This document shows positions 25,332-43,671 of a DNA stretch of 64,000 nucleotides, in pieces (the first letter of the stretch is position 1; each line of letters opens with the position of its first letter). A program made the translations under genes and the position numbers. The stretch is from Eledone cirrhosa (Eukaryota). The notes under the pieces are model-generated. The model had not been told where the DNA came from. It saw only the letters and a program-made list of their open reading frames with translations, and searched no databases. The stretch covers positions 182,528,001 through 182,592,000 of the forward strand of contig OZ024741.1 in the NCBI GenBank assembly GCA_964016885.1, read 5' to 3'.

Positions 25332-25759
25332 CATATATATACATACAAATATATATATATATATATTCAATTTATTTGTATTTTTATCGTTATTGTGGTA
25401 TAAGCATGACCACTCCTCTTGGTCGCTTTTCTTGGTGTCACACTTTATTAACTTTTGTGTTTACTCTGGACGAAAATATATTAACTTCTCGCTCCATTGA
25501 GTGCTTTGTAACCGTCTCAAACAATCGATTACTATCTGCTATATTGCGGCTACAACTTCGATTCATAACCAATATTATATATGTATGTGTGTGTGCGTGT
25601 GTACAGAGAGAGCGTTTCTAAATAATTGTAATCGGATTTTGAATGAATGACTACCATGAATAGGTTCCCTCATTCATTCATGTTGTTCTTGTAGTTGTAA
25701 CTGTAGCTGTTGTTTTCTTTTTTGTTTGGTTTTTGCCGTCGTTGCCATAGTTTTCGTCG

Positions 25760-26030
25760 TACAGCCATACGACTGCTCCAATCAAAGAAAGATATAACTA
25801 AAGACATTCCAGTTATAAATATCCTATCTACTTTCTTTTTTCTGGTCGCCGTCAAGACCTCATGCGTACTTAGACCCCGTACTGCTGAGCTCCTTCGCAA
25901 GATCGGAACGTCAGCAGCCCGTCTGAGGAAGGAGCCCCACGAGATGGGGTGGCTGTTGCAGCGGGTATCGCTGGCCATTGTCCACGGGAATGCTTTTGTG
26001 GTATTGTACGCGGGGCGCAGCATAGGCCCA
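25760..26030 (+). mobile_element. 3' fragment of a CRE-like (RLE) non-LTR element
   Basis: FFLVAVKTSCVL...LLRKIG...WLLQRVSLAIVHGNA resembles the CRE-clade C-terminal QRxSxAxxRGNA motif. Confidence 0.6.
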
Positions 26031-26192
26031 GAGCCCATCACCCTCCCCCTTCTCCCTCCCCCTTCTCCCTTCCATTCTTCTGTGACCTTAGAGCCATTGC
26101 CTTTCCCTTCCTTTTCCGTTTTCATAACCACAAAAGACACTTGAATATTCAATGTAACTCTACTTTGTGTAGTGACTACTGTTTTTATTCGC

Positions 26193-26409
26193 TTATAGGG
26201 TGGCCACTGAAAGACTGAATGATATAAAGCAAAAATAACTTTTACAAACACATGGTTTTTATATTTTTTATTATTTTATTTGGAAATATAAGTAATGGAT
26301 TTTTTTCAGTATTATGCGTGAAAAACAAAAAGGGGTGCTCTATAACCTGCAAAAAAATAGATAACAAAAAGATTGAAAATGACCACGTTTTTCAGTGGCC
26401 ACTCTGTAT
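26193..26409. mobile_element. Tc1/mariner-type MITE
   Basis: TIRs tatagggtggccactgaaa / tttcagtggccactctgtata. Confidence 0.7.
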
Positions 26410-26825
26410 ATGTTCAATATTCGAATAAACTATCAATAAAATTAACTGGGTCGTTTGAAAAAGAACGATTTAACACTTAAATAAAAATGATCTGTGTCGT
26501 TCTTTTAAAGTGGCATGGTGGGATTCAAGCGACATCTCGACGCTACTTGTAGCAAATCAAGCGTCTTCGTAAAAGCTCTCCCACTAGTTTTGTCCTCCAG
26601 TTATTTTCTCACTGATGGTGCGAAATTCTTCACATTCAGTCACATATATATATATATATACATATTTTGTAGAGTATGACAGAGAGTGGAATGTTTAAGC
26701 ATATGGCACCCACACTGTGACTCAGTGTGAAGAATATATACATGCGTACATAGACACATACACACACACATGCATCCATACACACACACACACACATACA
26801 CTCACACACACTCACACACACATGC

Positions 26826-27783
<958 letters not shown>

Positions 27784-27988
27784 AACATCGCCTGCTCCAT
27801 CTGTTCTGTTTCTTTCTACTTGTAAGGCTTTTGCACTGCTTCTACTCTGTTGGATTCCAAGAATTTCAGGACATACTCCAGAAGATAACTTAATTTCGGT
27901 TGTGTTCGTCTTGTCTACTGAATGACATTCCCTGATGATTATATAAGGAAATTTAGCATGCTGATTGTACGGTTGTTAGTAAATAGCG

Positions 27989-28054
<66 letters not shown>

Positions 28055-28201
28055 CCTCACTCCCACACACGCACATTCACACACTTATATATACACACAC
28101 ACACATATATATATGTGTGTGTGTCTGCGTGTGTGTGTGTACATATATATATATATACACTCACATGTACACATCTACATATACACACACATCTCTCTCT
28201 T

Positions 28202-28296
<95 letters not shown>

Positions 28297-28366
28297 ATAT
28301 GTAGATGTGTACATGTGCGTGTATATATATATATGTATATATGGATACACACAGACATATATATAG

Positions 28367-28409
<43 letters not shown>

Positions 28410-29397
28410 ACTGTGTGTGTGTGTGTGTGTGTATGACTGTGTGTGTGTGTGTGTGTATGACTGTGTGTGTGTGTGTGTATGACTGTGTGTTTGTGAATGT
28501 GCGTGTGTGGGAGTGAGGGCATGTATGTGTGTGTGTGATTGTAGACATGTGACCATTTCGGCAGGCCTACCAAGGAACACCCATTATATCCCTTTACCAT
28601 CTGAGTTCAAATCCCGCCGAGGTTGACTTTGCCTTTCATCCTTACGGGGTCGATAAAATAAAGTACCAGTAATGCACTGGTAATTGCTGGCCTTGTGCCT
28701 AAAGTAGAAACAATTATATATATGTGTGTCTGTGTGCGTGTGTATTTATGCGTGTGCGTGTGTGCGTATGCGTGTGTGTGCGCAAATGTGTGTGTGTATG
28801 TGCTTTTGCATGTGCGTGTGCCCGTGTGTCCGCGTGCTTGAGTGTATATGCACGCCCGCGTGTGTTTGCATGTGCGTGTGCGGGCATGCTTGTGTGTGTA
28901 TGTACCCACGCGTGTGTTTGCGTGTGTGTGTGTGTGTGTGTGCGGGCATGCTTGTGTGTGTATGTGCGCACATTTGTGTTTGCGTCTGTGTGCGCATGCT
29001 TGTGTGTGTATGTACGCACGCGTGTGTTTGCGTGTGTGTGTGTGTGTGTGCGCGCGCGCGCATGCTTGTGTGTGTGTCTGCGTGTGTGAGTTTAGGCGTG
29101 ACTCTGAGTGGGAGTTTGCGTAGGTGCGTGTGCATTTATATGTATGTTCACGCATCTGTTTAATGTGTGTGCGTCCATACATACGTATGTAAGTTTGTGC
29201 ATGTATGTGTTTATTTGTGTGTGTGCGTGTGTATGTATATCCCAAAATAATATTCTGCTGATGCAAGATGAGATAACTCGGTTGAATAAACACTGCGTAC
29301 ATTTTATATAGTTTTTATATACTTTTGATTTATTTACATTTACTGTTACACTATGCGTGTATACATGCATTCACTGCTATATTTGTATATATATATA

Positions 29398-29450
<53 letters not shown>

Positions 29451-29543
29451 ATGTATGTGTGTTTGTTTGTCTGCGTGCGTGCGTGTTTCTGTGTGTGTTT
29501 TATCTGTATATATATATATATCTGTACATATATATACAGAGAA

Positions 29544-29682
<139 letters not shown>

Positions 29683-30668
29683 TGGATAAAGATATAGATA
29701 TAGATATATGTGTGTGTGCGCGTGTAATTATGTATGTATGTATGTATACTTCTTTTCCTCCTTTCTTGTGGCACTAAACAAAGAAGAAGGAAAAAACAAA
29801 TTTAGAAAACTCTACCTCGAAAGCAAAAGAAAAATAATTAATTCTTGCAATATTATCCATTTTAAAGTGTTGTTCATCTGATTTAATTTCCTCTAAAAAC
29901 TATACACTACAGTGACCATGTTATACACAATACAATTGTTACACATAAACTATGAATTTTCCCTTGAAATATGATACTTCTTGAAATGAACACTTTTGAA
30001 TCCAATAGTATTATAGACATTGCACAAATTTGTACTGATGATGCATGAGAGGCCGAAACAAATATATATATATAATAATAAAGTATGTGTTTCTACGTGT
30101 AAAAAATACATATAGGGATACAAGTATTATCCAACCGTATGCCAATGTGGTTCTATGGCAGGTTAATAAATTAACGAGCCAGAACATATAAAATCAAGGT
30201 TTAGCAAATAGAGATAATACATTTTAAAAAGTTCGTATTATTATTAATCTCCCCTAAAGTAGAGATAACATTTTCGTCGTTTGAACTGCTGCTATTTCTA
30301 GTGGCAGGACATTGACCTGTCCACCCTTGCCTTCTGTCTTTACACACGGCACTAGACAGAATTGGTCCCTTTCTCATTCACTCTCATCTGGGAACAGTTC
30401 TGTATGGCGCCAGTTTGTGATTTGAACTCGGGAATTTTATATTCTACGAGCGAGAAGAACCTTCTGACGAGAATGCCCTTCTCAATGGTGGTCCGCCTGG
30501 ATTATCCATTTATTTTGGAATTTGAAACCGCGCGGTAAGGGTACATATAGTAAGTACAGCGGACTTTTTAAAATTTATTTTAAAACTTTTTCTCTATTTG
30601 CTAAACCTTGATTTTATATATATATATATATATATATAACGTATATATATATATATATGTATGTATGA

Positions 30669-30711
<43 letters not shown>

Positions 30712-30774
30712 AATATGTATATATATATATGTGTGTGTGTGTGTGTATGCATATATATATATATACATATATAT

Positions 30775-30844
<70 letters not shown>

Positions 30845-31167
30845 GGGGTGGAGAGAGAGATTGTAACGTCCAGTTACTGTAGGTTCACCAGAGTGGGCAC
30901 TCAATGCGTAGTTTCCAGTAGGTATATTGATGTTGTATTAAGTAGAGTGTAAATTAATAATAATAAAAAAGGATGAAGTGTTAGATCTTCATTGCGTTTA
31001 TTTAGGTGTGACGCGCGTTTCGCGATTGATCAGCTCAAGGCTCATTCTGTATCGATCTTCCCCGACTCTGGTATCAAAAGCTCGTCGGTATTCTGTCATT
31101 ACCATAACAGAAGTCCGACGAGCTTTTGATTGAAGATCTAACACCTTGTCCTTTATATATTTATATA

Positions 31168-31259
<92 letters not shown>

Positions 31260-31645
31260 CACCGAATTCAGGAACTAGACTCCTTCTTCCTCCCGTTTGA
31301 CCTGTGCGGAATTCCTTCCTTGCTCACATTCCAACCAGGTTTGATGGTCTTTATTCTCTCTCGTTCACGATTTTACCGAACTTATATTCATGGAAATCTG
31401 GGACTTGACTCTTTCTTCCTCACTTTTCGTTGCTTTACCATTTTGTTTGTTTACAGTCTCGCTCGTTCCCCTTATTTACGTGTCCCAACGACTTTTTTTA
31501 GCCGTTGCTCGCACCAACCGGAGGTATATGGTCTTTAAAGCGATGAAATACCAATGAAGGCTGGAAGATCACTGATGAAGGACTAACTTTATTCATATGT
31601 AACCCATTTGCAACCACGCAGCACGTTTGTTTTCATATTCACACG

Positions 31646-31786
<141 letters not shown>

Positions 31787-31900
31787 AACGAAGGAAATGT
31801 GGTAAGGAACCAGGTGGACCATAACGCACCAAAGTACTCAATACTTAGGGTAGTAGAGTGGGTAATAGGAACAAGTAAGACCCCCGGGGTTTTACTTGTT

Positions 31901-32104
<204 letters not shown>

Positions 32105-32378
32105 GTATAGGATTATCAAAGATGTAGTAATGGTTAATTACTACACTGGATATGGTTGACGTACGGTAAGAGGTTACTCTACGAGTTATGGAAGAATTGT
32201 TCAAGAAACTTAGTTCCTGATCCTTCAGTATTCCGGAGTGTATATAAAGAATGAATAATAACAGGTAGACATCATAAATTTGCACGTAGCGGAACTAGGC
32301 TGCAGTACCACCGTGGAAACACTTGTAAGCACACGGAATAAATTACCTTTTTATGATGTCTACCTGTTATTATTCATT

Positions 32379-32418
<40 letters not shown>

Positions 32419-32497
32419 ACATGATATCAACATGATATGTTGATTTAAAACTGCACTATCAACAAGTGTTTTTTAGCCTTCATATCATGTTCTCCTG

Positions 32498-32564
32498 TTT
32501 TATCTGATGAAAACACAAATATTATTGCTTGATGATGTTTGTTTTTGAAATGCGCATAATAAAA
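32498..32564 (+). ncRNA. Minimal HHR
   Basis: ttttat-CTGATGA-aaacacaaatattat...gatgatgtttgttttt-GAAA-tgcgca-TA-ataaaa. Confidence 0.7.
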
Positions 32565-32596
32565 TATATGGAACTCCTTTAACCATCTTTTGATCT

Positions 32597-32695
<99 letters not shown>

Positions 32696-32705
32696 CATAT
32701 ATATA

Positions 32706-34161
32706 AATATAGACATAGAATATTCGAAAATATTCTGTATGTTTATAATAAACATTTTGAAGACCTAATCGCTATAGAATAGAATACGTCACGTATTACA
32801 ATTAGATTCTCGATAAAAGCAAGGGAAGTAATCTACGCGTTTCATTCTTGTTAGAATTCATCAGGACTACATATCCAGTGCTTTTATCGAGAATGACACA
32901 GCTAGAGACTTATAGAATACTTAGCTGTGTACAGGAACTGGTTTGAAAGAGCGGTTGCCGGTCCGGCCTGTACACAGCTAAGTATTCTATAAGTCTCTAG
33001 CTGTGTCATTCTCGATAAAAGCACTGGATATGTAGTCCTGATGAATTCTAACAAGAATGAAACGCGTAGATTACTTCCCTTGCTTTTATCGAGAATCTAA
33101 TTGTAATACGTGACGTATTCTATTCTATAGCGATTAGGTCTTCAAAATGTTTATTATAAACATACAGAATATTTTCGAATATTCTATGTCTATATTCACA
33201 TATATATCGCTATTTCAGAGCATTTATTCCAATTTCTAATTTCTGCCGGACCGGCAACCGCTCTTTCAAACCAGTTCCTGTACACAGCTAAGTATTCTAT
33301 AAGTCTCTAGCTGTGTCATTCTCGATAAAAGCACTGGATATGTAGTCCTGATGAATTCTAACAAGAATGAAACGCGTAGATTACTTCCCTTGCTTTTATC
33401 GAGAATCTAATTGTAATACGTGACGTATTCTATTCTATAGCGATTAGGTCTTCAAAATGTTTATTATAAACATACAGAATATTTTCGAATATTCTATGTC
33501 TATATTCACATATATATCGCTATTTCAGAGCATTTATTCCAATTTCTAATTTCTGCCGGACCGGCAACCGCTCTTTCAAACCAGTTCCTGTACACAGCTA
33601 AGTATTCTATAAGTCTCTAGCTGTGTCATTCTCGATAAAAGCACTGGATATGTAGTCCTGATGAATTCTAACAAGAATGAAACGCGTAGATTACTTCCCT
33701 TGCTTTTATCGAGAATCTAATTGTAATACGTGACGTATTCTATTCTATAGCGATTAGGTCTTCAAAATGTTTATTATAAACATACAGAATATTTTCGAAT
33801 ATTCTATGTCTATATTCACATATATATCGCTATTTCAGAGCATTTATTCCAATTTCTAATTTCTGCCGGACCGGCAACCGCTCTTTCAAACCAGTTCCTG
33901 TACACAGCTAAGTATTCTATAAGTCTCTAGCTGTGTCATTCTCGATAAAAGCACTGGATATGTAGTCCTGATGAATTCTAACAAGAATGAAACGCGTAGA
34001 TTACTTCCCTTGCTTTTATCGAGAATCTAATTGTAATACGTGACGTATTCTATTCTATAGCGATTAGGTCTTCAAAATGTTTATTATAAACATACAGAAT
34101 ATTTTCGAATATTCTATGTCTATATTCACATATATATCGCTATTTCAGAGCATTTATTCCA

Positions 34162-34163
<2 letters not shown>
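32706..34163 (+). mobile_element. Retrozyme-like array: one inverted partial unit plus ~3.9 tandem 310-bp units, one HHR each
   Basis: Period 310 (HHR starts at 33032, 33342, 33652, 33962). Inverted arm 32706-32967 with an HHR at 32828-32870. (TA)n on both flanks. Confidence 0.88.
33032..33074 (+). ncRNA. Minimal type I HHR (first of four tandem copies)
   Basis: gtagtc-CTGATGA-attct aaca agaat-GAAA-cgcg-TA-gattac. Confidence 0.9.
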
Positions 34164-34214
<51 letters not shown>

Positions 34215-34850
34215 ATGCCCTAAGGACAGAGGTCTCTTGGAGACGCAGGACAGGCGGCGATGATGACGTACAGAGACCGCTGGAAAGAACTCGTCCATGG
34301 TTCTCGGGAATTTTACCCGCCCTAGTTATATATATATATATATATATATATATAGATATATAGATATATATATATATATATTGATTTACGGAATATAAGA
34401 GTCAAAATACATGGATTATGTCTTAGATCAAGTATAGAAATTTAGTTTATAGTTAGCTTTGTTTTCTGAGTTATTTTCGTGTATGACTTCGGGCTTATTC
34501 TAGATATATCTACGTTTAGACATGTGTATTTGTGGTCCTATAAATACATACGCACACATATGTATATGTGGATATATATAGGAGGTGCAGTATATATTGT
34601 TGCATATGAACACATAATTATCACCTAATTTTATATTTCAGAAGATAAGAATACGTAGGTGGGTGAGAATAATGAAAAACAGACAATCCGTCGCCCTTTG
34701 TCGCTCGCACTTCCATGCACTCTTTCTGTTCTATCTGCTACAGTCGGTTGTTTATAATATATATATATATATATATAAGAACTGTAAAACCGGTGAATGA
34801 AACAAATAAATATTCTTAAAAAGACTCCAGTTGCATTTTCGATTTCTTTT

Positions 34851-34915
<65 letters not shown>

Positions 34916-34977
34916 TATTAAATATTTATACTCTGCTATTTATTGAGTACCTTACTTACTGTTGGTACCCCAGATTG

Positions 34978-35037
<60 letters not shown>

Positions 35038-35196
35038 CATATATATAAATATTTATATATCATATCATATACGCTCGTGTGCAAGTCGCACCGTTTGATA
35101 AGTGGCACGCCAATTTTACCTAAAGAAATGCGACTTATACACGAGTATATGTGTATATGTGTGTTTGTGTGTTTGTATGTGTTTGGGTGTGTTTGG

Positions 35197-35321
<125 letters not shown>

Positions 35322-36547
35322 CATGTGTGTACATCACTGCGTTCCCCTATTTATTTAATGGACTTTAATCAACGTAATTAGCTACATGTACGACAGTTTA
35401 AGTACTTCATTCTATAATTTAATTTTCAATACAACTACAGTGCTGGCTTTGCTATTTATCACTCAGGGGGTTATATGATCTACCTTAGCAATCCCTTAAC
35501 AACATATATTATAGCGTAACAAATATGTTATTGCTGTTTTGCCTGCAGATGAGATAAGATTTAGGAAACGTATACACAAACACATTCCAGTCTTGATTAA
35601 GCTGTTTTATATATCTAGAACTATATGTTCCAATGTTGCTTTTTTTAAGACGACTGGCTGTGATTTGAGGGACTTGGCTGTTATTTCTAGTTGATCTAAC
35701 AATCACAATTATTGTTATTATTATCCCCATGTATAGGGCGGTAGATTGGCAGTATTGGTAGAGGGTCGGACGCCATGCTTTGCAGCATAGAGTTACTGCC
35801 CTTTATGATCTGAGTTCAAATCCCGCCGAGGTTAACTTTTCCTTTCATCCTTACGGGGGTCGATAAAATAAAGTACTAGCCACTCACTGGGGTCGATTTA
35901 ATCGACTTTCCCCTCCCCCCGAAAATTGTTGGCCTTGTGCCTCTATAAGAAACCATTATTATCACCATGTTTATAAGTGTGGTGGATTAGCAGAATCGTG
36001 AGAGTGTCGGACAAAATTTTTTGCGGTATTTATTTATGACTTTCGATGTTCTGAGTTCAAATCCTGCTGAGATCAACTTTGGTTTTCATCCCTCCGGGGT
36101 CGATAGAATGAAGTACCAGTTAAGAATTGGTTCAATACAATCGACTTTCCTTTCCTCCAAAAATTACTAGCCTTCTGCTAATGCTAGAAAGTATTGTTAT
36201 CATCATGTTTCCAACAATTACATCTCAGTAGCAACTGAACCACCAATTGCACCACGTTTTTTCTTGCAGTGTATGCAGGATTGTCGTTTGAAAATGTAGA
36301 ACTGTGTCAGTGTACTATTGGTTTTATTGTAGTGTTTCGTCTGTTTGTTGTGTAATGTCAGTTATGCTATTTGGTTGGGTAGTAATTGTGTTTAGTATGT
36401 GTTATGTGGGTTGTGGTATGTGTTTTGGTGTTAGGTGGTGCTGTGTAAATTGTGTTATATTATTGGCTGACAATTGTGTACGTAGTTGATGGTATGAGTG
36501 ATGTATTGAAGTATCGTATGGTGATTATGTAAAAGTGTGTTCTAACA

Positions 36548-37889
36548 TCTATACTATAAAGCTGACGGCCGTATGTAGGAAACAAACTTTCCGCCAAACG
36601 GCTGGACCAAAAAGCACCAAATTTGCACCATAGATGTAACTTTTTCCAAGTAAAAAAAGTGAGGGTATTTTTGTCTTCTGAATTTTGTTAAAAGATTAAA
36701 AACATTATTTAAATATTTACTTCTTTAAAATTTCAAATGTCAACACTTCCGGTTATACGTCATTCCTCTTTTTTCTTATGACGTCACACAACATTCCCCT
36801 CTTTTTCTTAGTCTGTATATTTGGCTGCCTGCATTAGATAACGTTTTTCTGCGTTCTTTTAGTTTCAGAAGATCCCATTAAGGGTGAAAGCAGCGATTCG
36901 TTGCTTAAACTTTAATCTGTTATTTTAATATATATATTCGTGTACAGATATTTTTGCATACACAAAAACAAAAACCTATTTATTTCACGAAAGCACAGAC
37001 GGCTTATCGTCATTGTTACTGTTCGAGGTTAGAGGACCAGTCTTTCCAAAATCTGAGAAGTATCAATGGCCATCAATGTTCCACTTACCGTTTGGCTTGC
37101 CAGATGCTGTGTATGTAACACGATGACAGCCATTGGCACCTCACCCTGCAAGAAGCAGCAACTGCTAAAGTCCCTTCTCAGCTGCGAAAACTTTTCGCTA
37201 TTATCCTGCACAACTGCGATCTCGCCGACCCTCTCGCACTGTGGAACAACTACCGCGAAAATCTAGCTGAGGACATCCTGCGCACACGCAGACACAATCC
37301 GAACGTAACATACGATGTCGTTTTCAATGAGGCGCTCATTTGTCTTGAAAACAGTGTCATGGAGATTGGTGGTAGGCCTCTAAGTCACTACAGGTTACCT
37401 GCTCCTGACAGGAGTGTCCAGAGGTCAACGTCTACAGAGCTTCTCCGCGAGACGAGCTACGAGATCAGTGATCCTCCCATGGTCAATTGTATGTAGATGC
37501 TCTAGGGTGAGGTCGCCAAACAATCTCTTCATCTTTGCTCGCGGGGGGGGGGGGGACAAATTATATCGTATACTCTGAGGCTCTAACAATGTAATTTAAA
37601 TATTTTCTGTTACTTGGAATTTCCATTATGGTTGTACAAATTATTGTTTGTTAAAAAAATGTATTCTCTGTTCAGCCTTTTTTGTTGTAACTATCAATTT
37701 TCTTTAACGTACTGGCTGCTGAACTGGGAACTCCTAAAAACTATTCAAACCCATCAGAGCACGTTAACCCCCTCCCCCTCTCTGACATGAGAGGGCCTGC
37801 GATATATTTGCACTTGAGTGTAGGGGGGATTTCTGAAAAAATATAATGCCGTTATACCTAGCCCGACGCCAGCCGGACGAGCCAGCTAG
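36548..37889 (+). mobile_element. Internally deleted Helitron with RepHel remnants
   Basis: A|TCTATACTATAAA ... hairpin ... CTAG|T. About 37030-37470 translates as TYRLACQML...HWHLTLQEAA...QLRKLFAIIL...LWNNYRENLAEDIL, followed by HGQLYV. Confidence 0.85.
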
Positions 37890-38603
37890 TATTACATAAC
37901 GCAGAGGTTGTAAAATTTTTTTTTTTTTTTTTTTTGCAAATGTTTATCTTTCCAAATCTCTTGAACGGCTGTTGTTCTCAATGCTCCTACATGTAACAGA
38001 ACGGGGATAATTTTAACTCGAAGGTTGCACAGTTTTCTCAGTTCTTTGTAGTTAAGTCCAAACACGTTTTCATCTATTCTGTCAATTTTCACTTTACACT
38101 GGTAGATTAGAACAAAATAATATCTATAATATTACTAGTGTACGCGTGACGTTAAAAAATGATGTCATATGGATTTGATAGTTTGTTAATATTTTATTAC
38201 TATTTGTTTTTAAAGTTTTGGTGTGAAACAATTTTGATATCAATCTGCCCAAACACAGCTCGGATTCTATGAAATAAAACCACCTATTTTAAAGATTTCT
38301 TATTAAAATTTAAAATTTTCAGCATAATTTAAAGAAATTTTTAATTACTAATTTAGTAATGGGATAATTAATAGATCACTCAAACGTCGTTATTAATTAA
38401 TTGAAATAGAGTGTATTTCATTAGAAATACGACCATGAAAGGGTTAAATATATATTTTCCTTTGCATATACGTATACATATATATATGCATACATACGAC
38501 GTAAATACATAACTTTTGATGAAAAGAAATTAACACTATATGTTCGTGGATTCAGTTAATCGAGCTATTATTTTAATCATTTCAAAAACATGTCAGAAAG
38601 AGA

Positions 38604-38676
<73 letters not shown>

Positions 38677-38937
38677 GCGTATGTGTATGTGTGTGTGTGT
38701 GTATATATATGTATATATATATATATTTATAACGAAGGAAATGTAGTAAGGAACCAGGTGGACCATAACGCACCAAAGTGCTCAATACTTAGGGTAGTAG
38801 AGTGGGTAATAGGAACGAGTAGGACCCCGACGGTTGAGCTCAAGCCGTTTCGACGGCTAATTCTGGACTAATTCTGGACTAGTCCAGAATTAGCCGTCGA
38901 AACGGCTTGAGCTCAGCCGTCGGGGTCCTACTCGTTC

Positions 38938-38983
<46 letters not shown>

Positions 38984-39214
38984 ATATTAAATAACTCTCT
39001 CTCTCACTATTTTGTCCTTCTTCTCTTCTCTCTTCTCTCTCTCACTATCATATATTATATATAAACACTCTCAATAGTCGTTTAAATAAACGGTTGCTTT
39101 TCAATTATTTACATATCATTTGCATATTCACCCACAAGTTTGAAAAATCCATAATACATTTCCACTATCCAGAGAATATCCAACTGATAAGGTATGATTT
39201 TATATACATATATA

Positions 39215-39357
39215 TAAAAATAACAGATTAATGTTTTAGCAAAGAATCGCTGCTTTCACGCTTAATGGGATCTTCTGAGATAAATATTTGCTCTACGTTT
39301 TTATATATTATCCTTATCGAGCCTTCTAGGGATTTTAATCTTCACTTTTATTATTAT

Positions 39358-39361
<4 letters not shown>
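39215..39361. mobile_element. Terminal-repeat-only remnant of the 43667-46241 Penelope family
   Basis: 39218-39279 matches 43674-43735; 39280-39361 matches 46147-46241. Confidence 0.7.
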
Positions 39362-39396
<35 letters not shown>

Positions 39397-39435
39397 CACA
39401 TACATTTATAGATATACCGCCGATTTTCGTTACTT

Positions 39436-43666
<4,231 letters not shown>

Positions 43667-43671
<5 letters not shown>

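Noticed and set aside
27926-27960. CTGATGA...GAAA motifs at 27932, 30035, 31572, 50699 (TTGATGA) and 59908
   Set aside because: One or more stems or the GAAA half are missing or poor. Possibly decayed HHRs but not supportable.
32967-34163. 310-bp array as ordinary satellite or CRISPR
   Set aside because: No spacers. Each unit carries a complete HHR and the array has PLE-type ends.
37892-38130. Possible R4-like C-terminal remnant (VKIIPVLLHVGAL)
   Set aside because: Too degraded to call.
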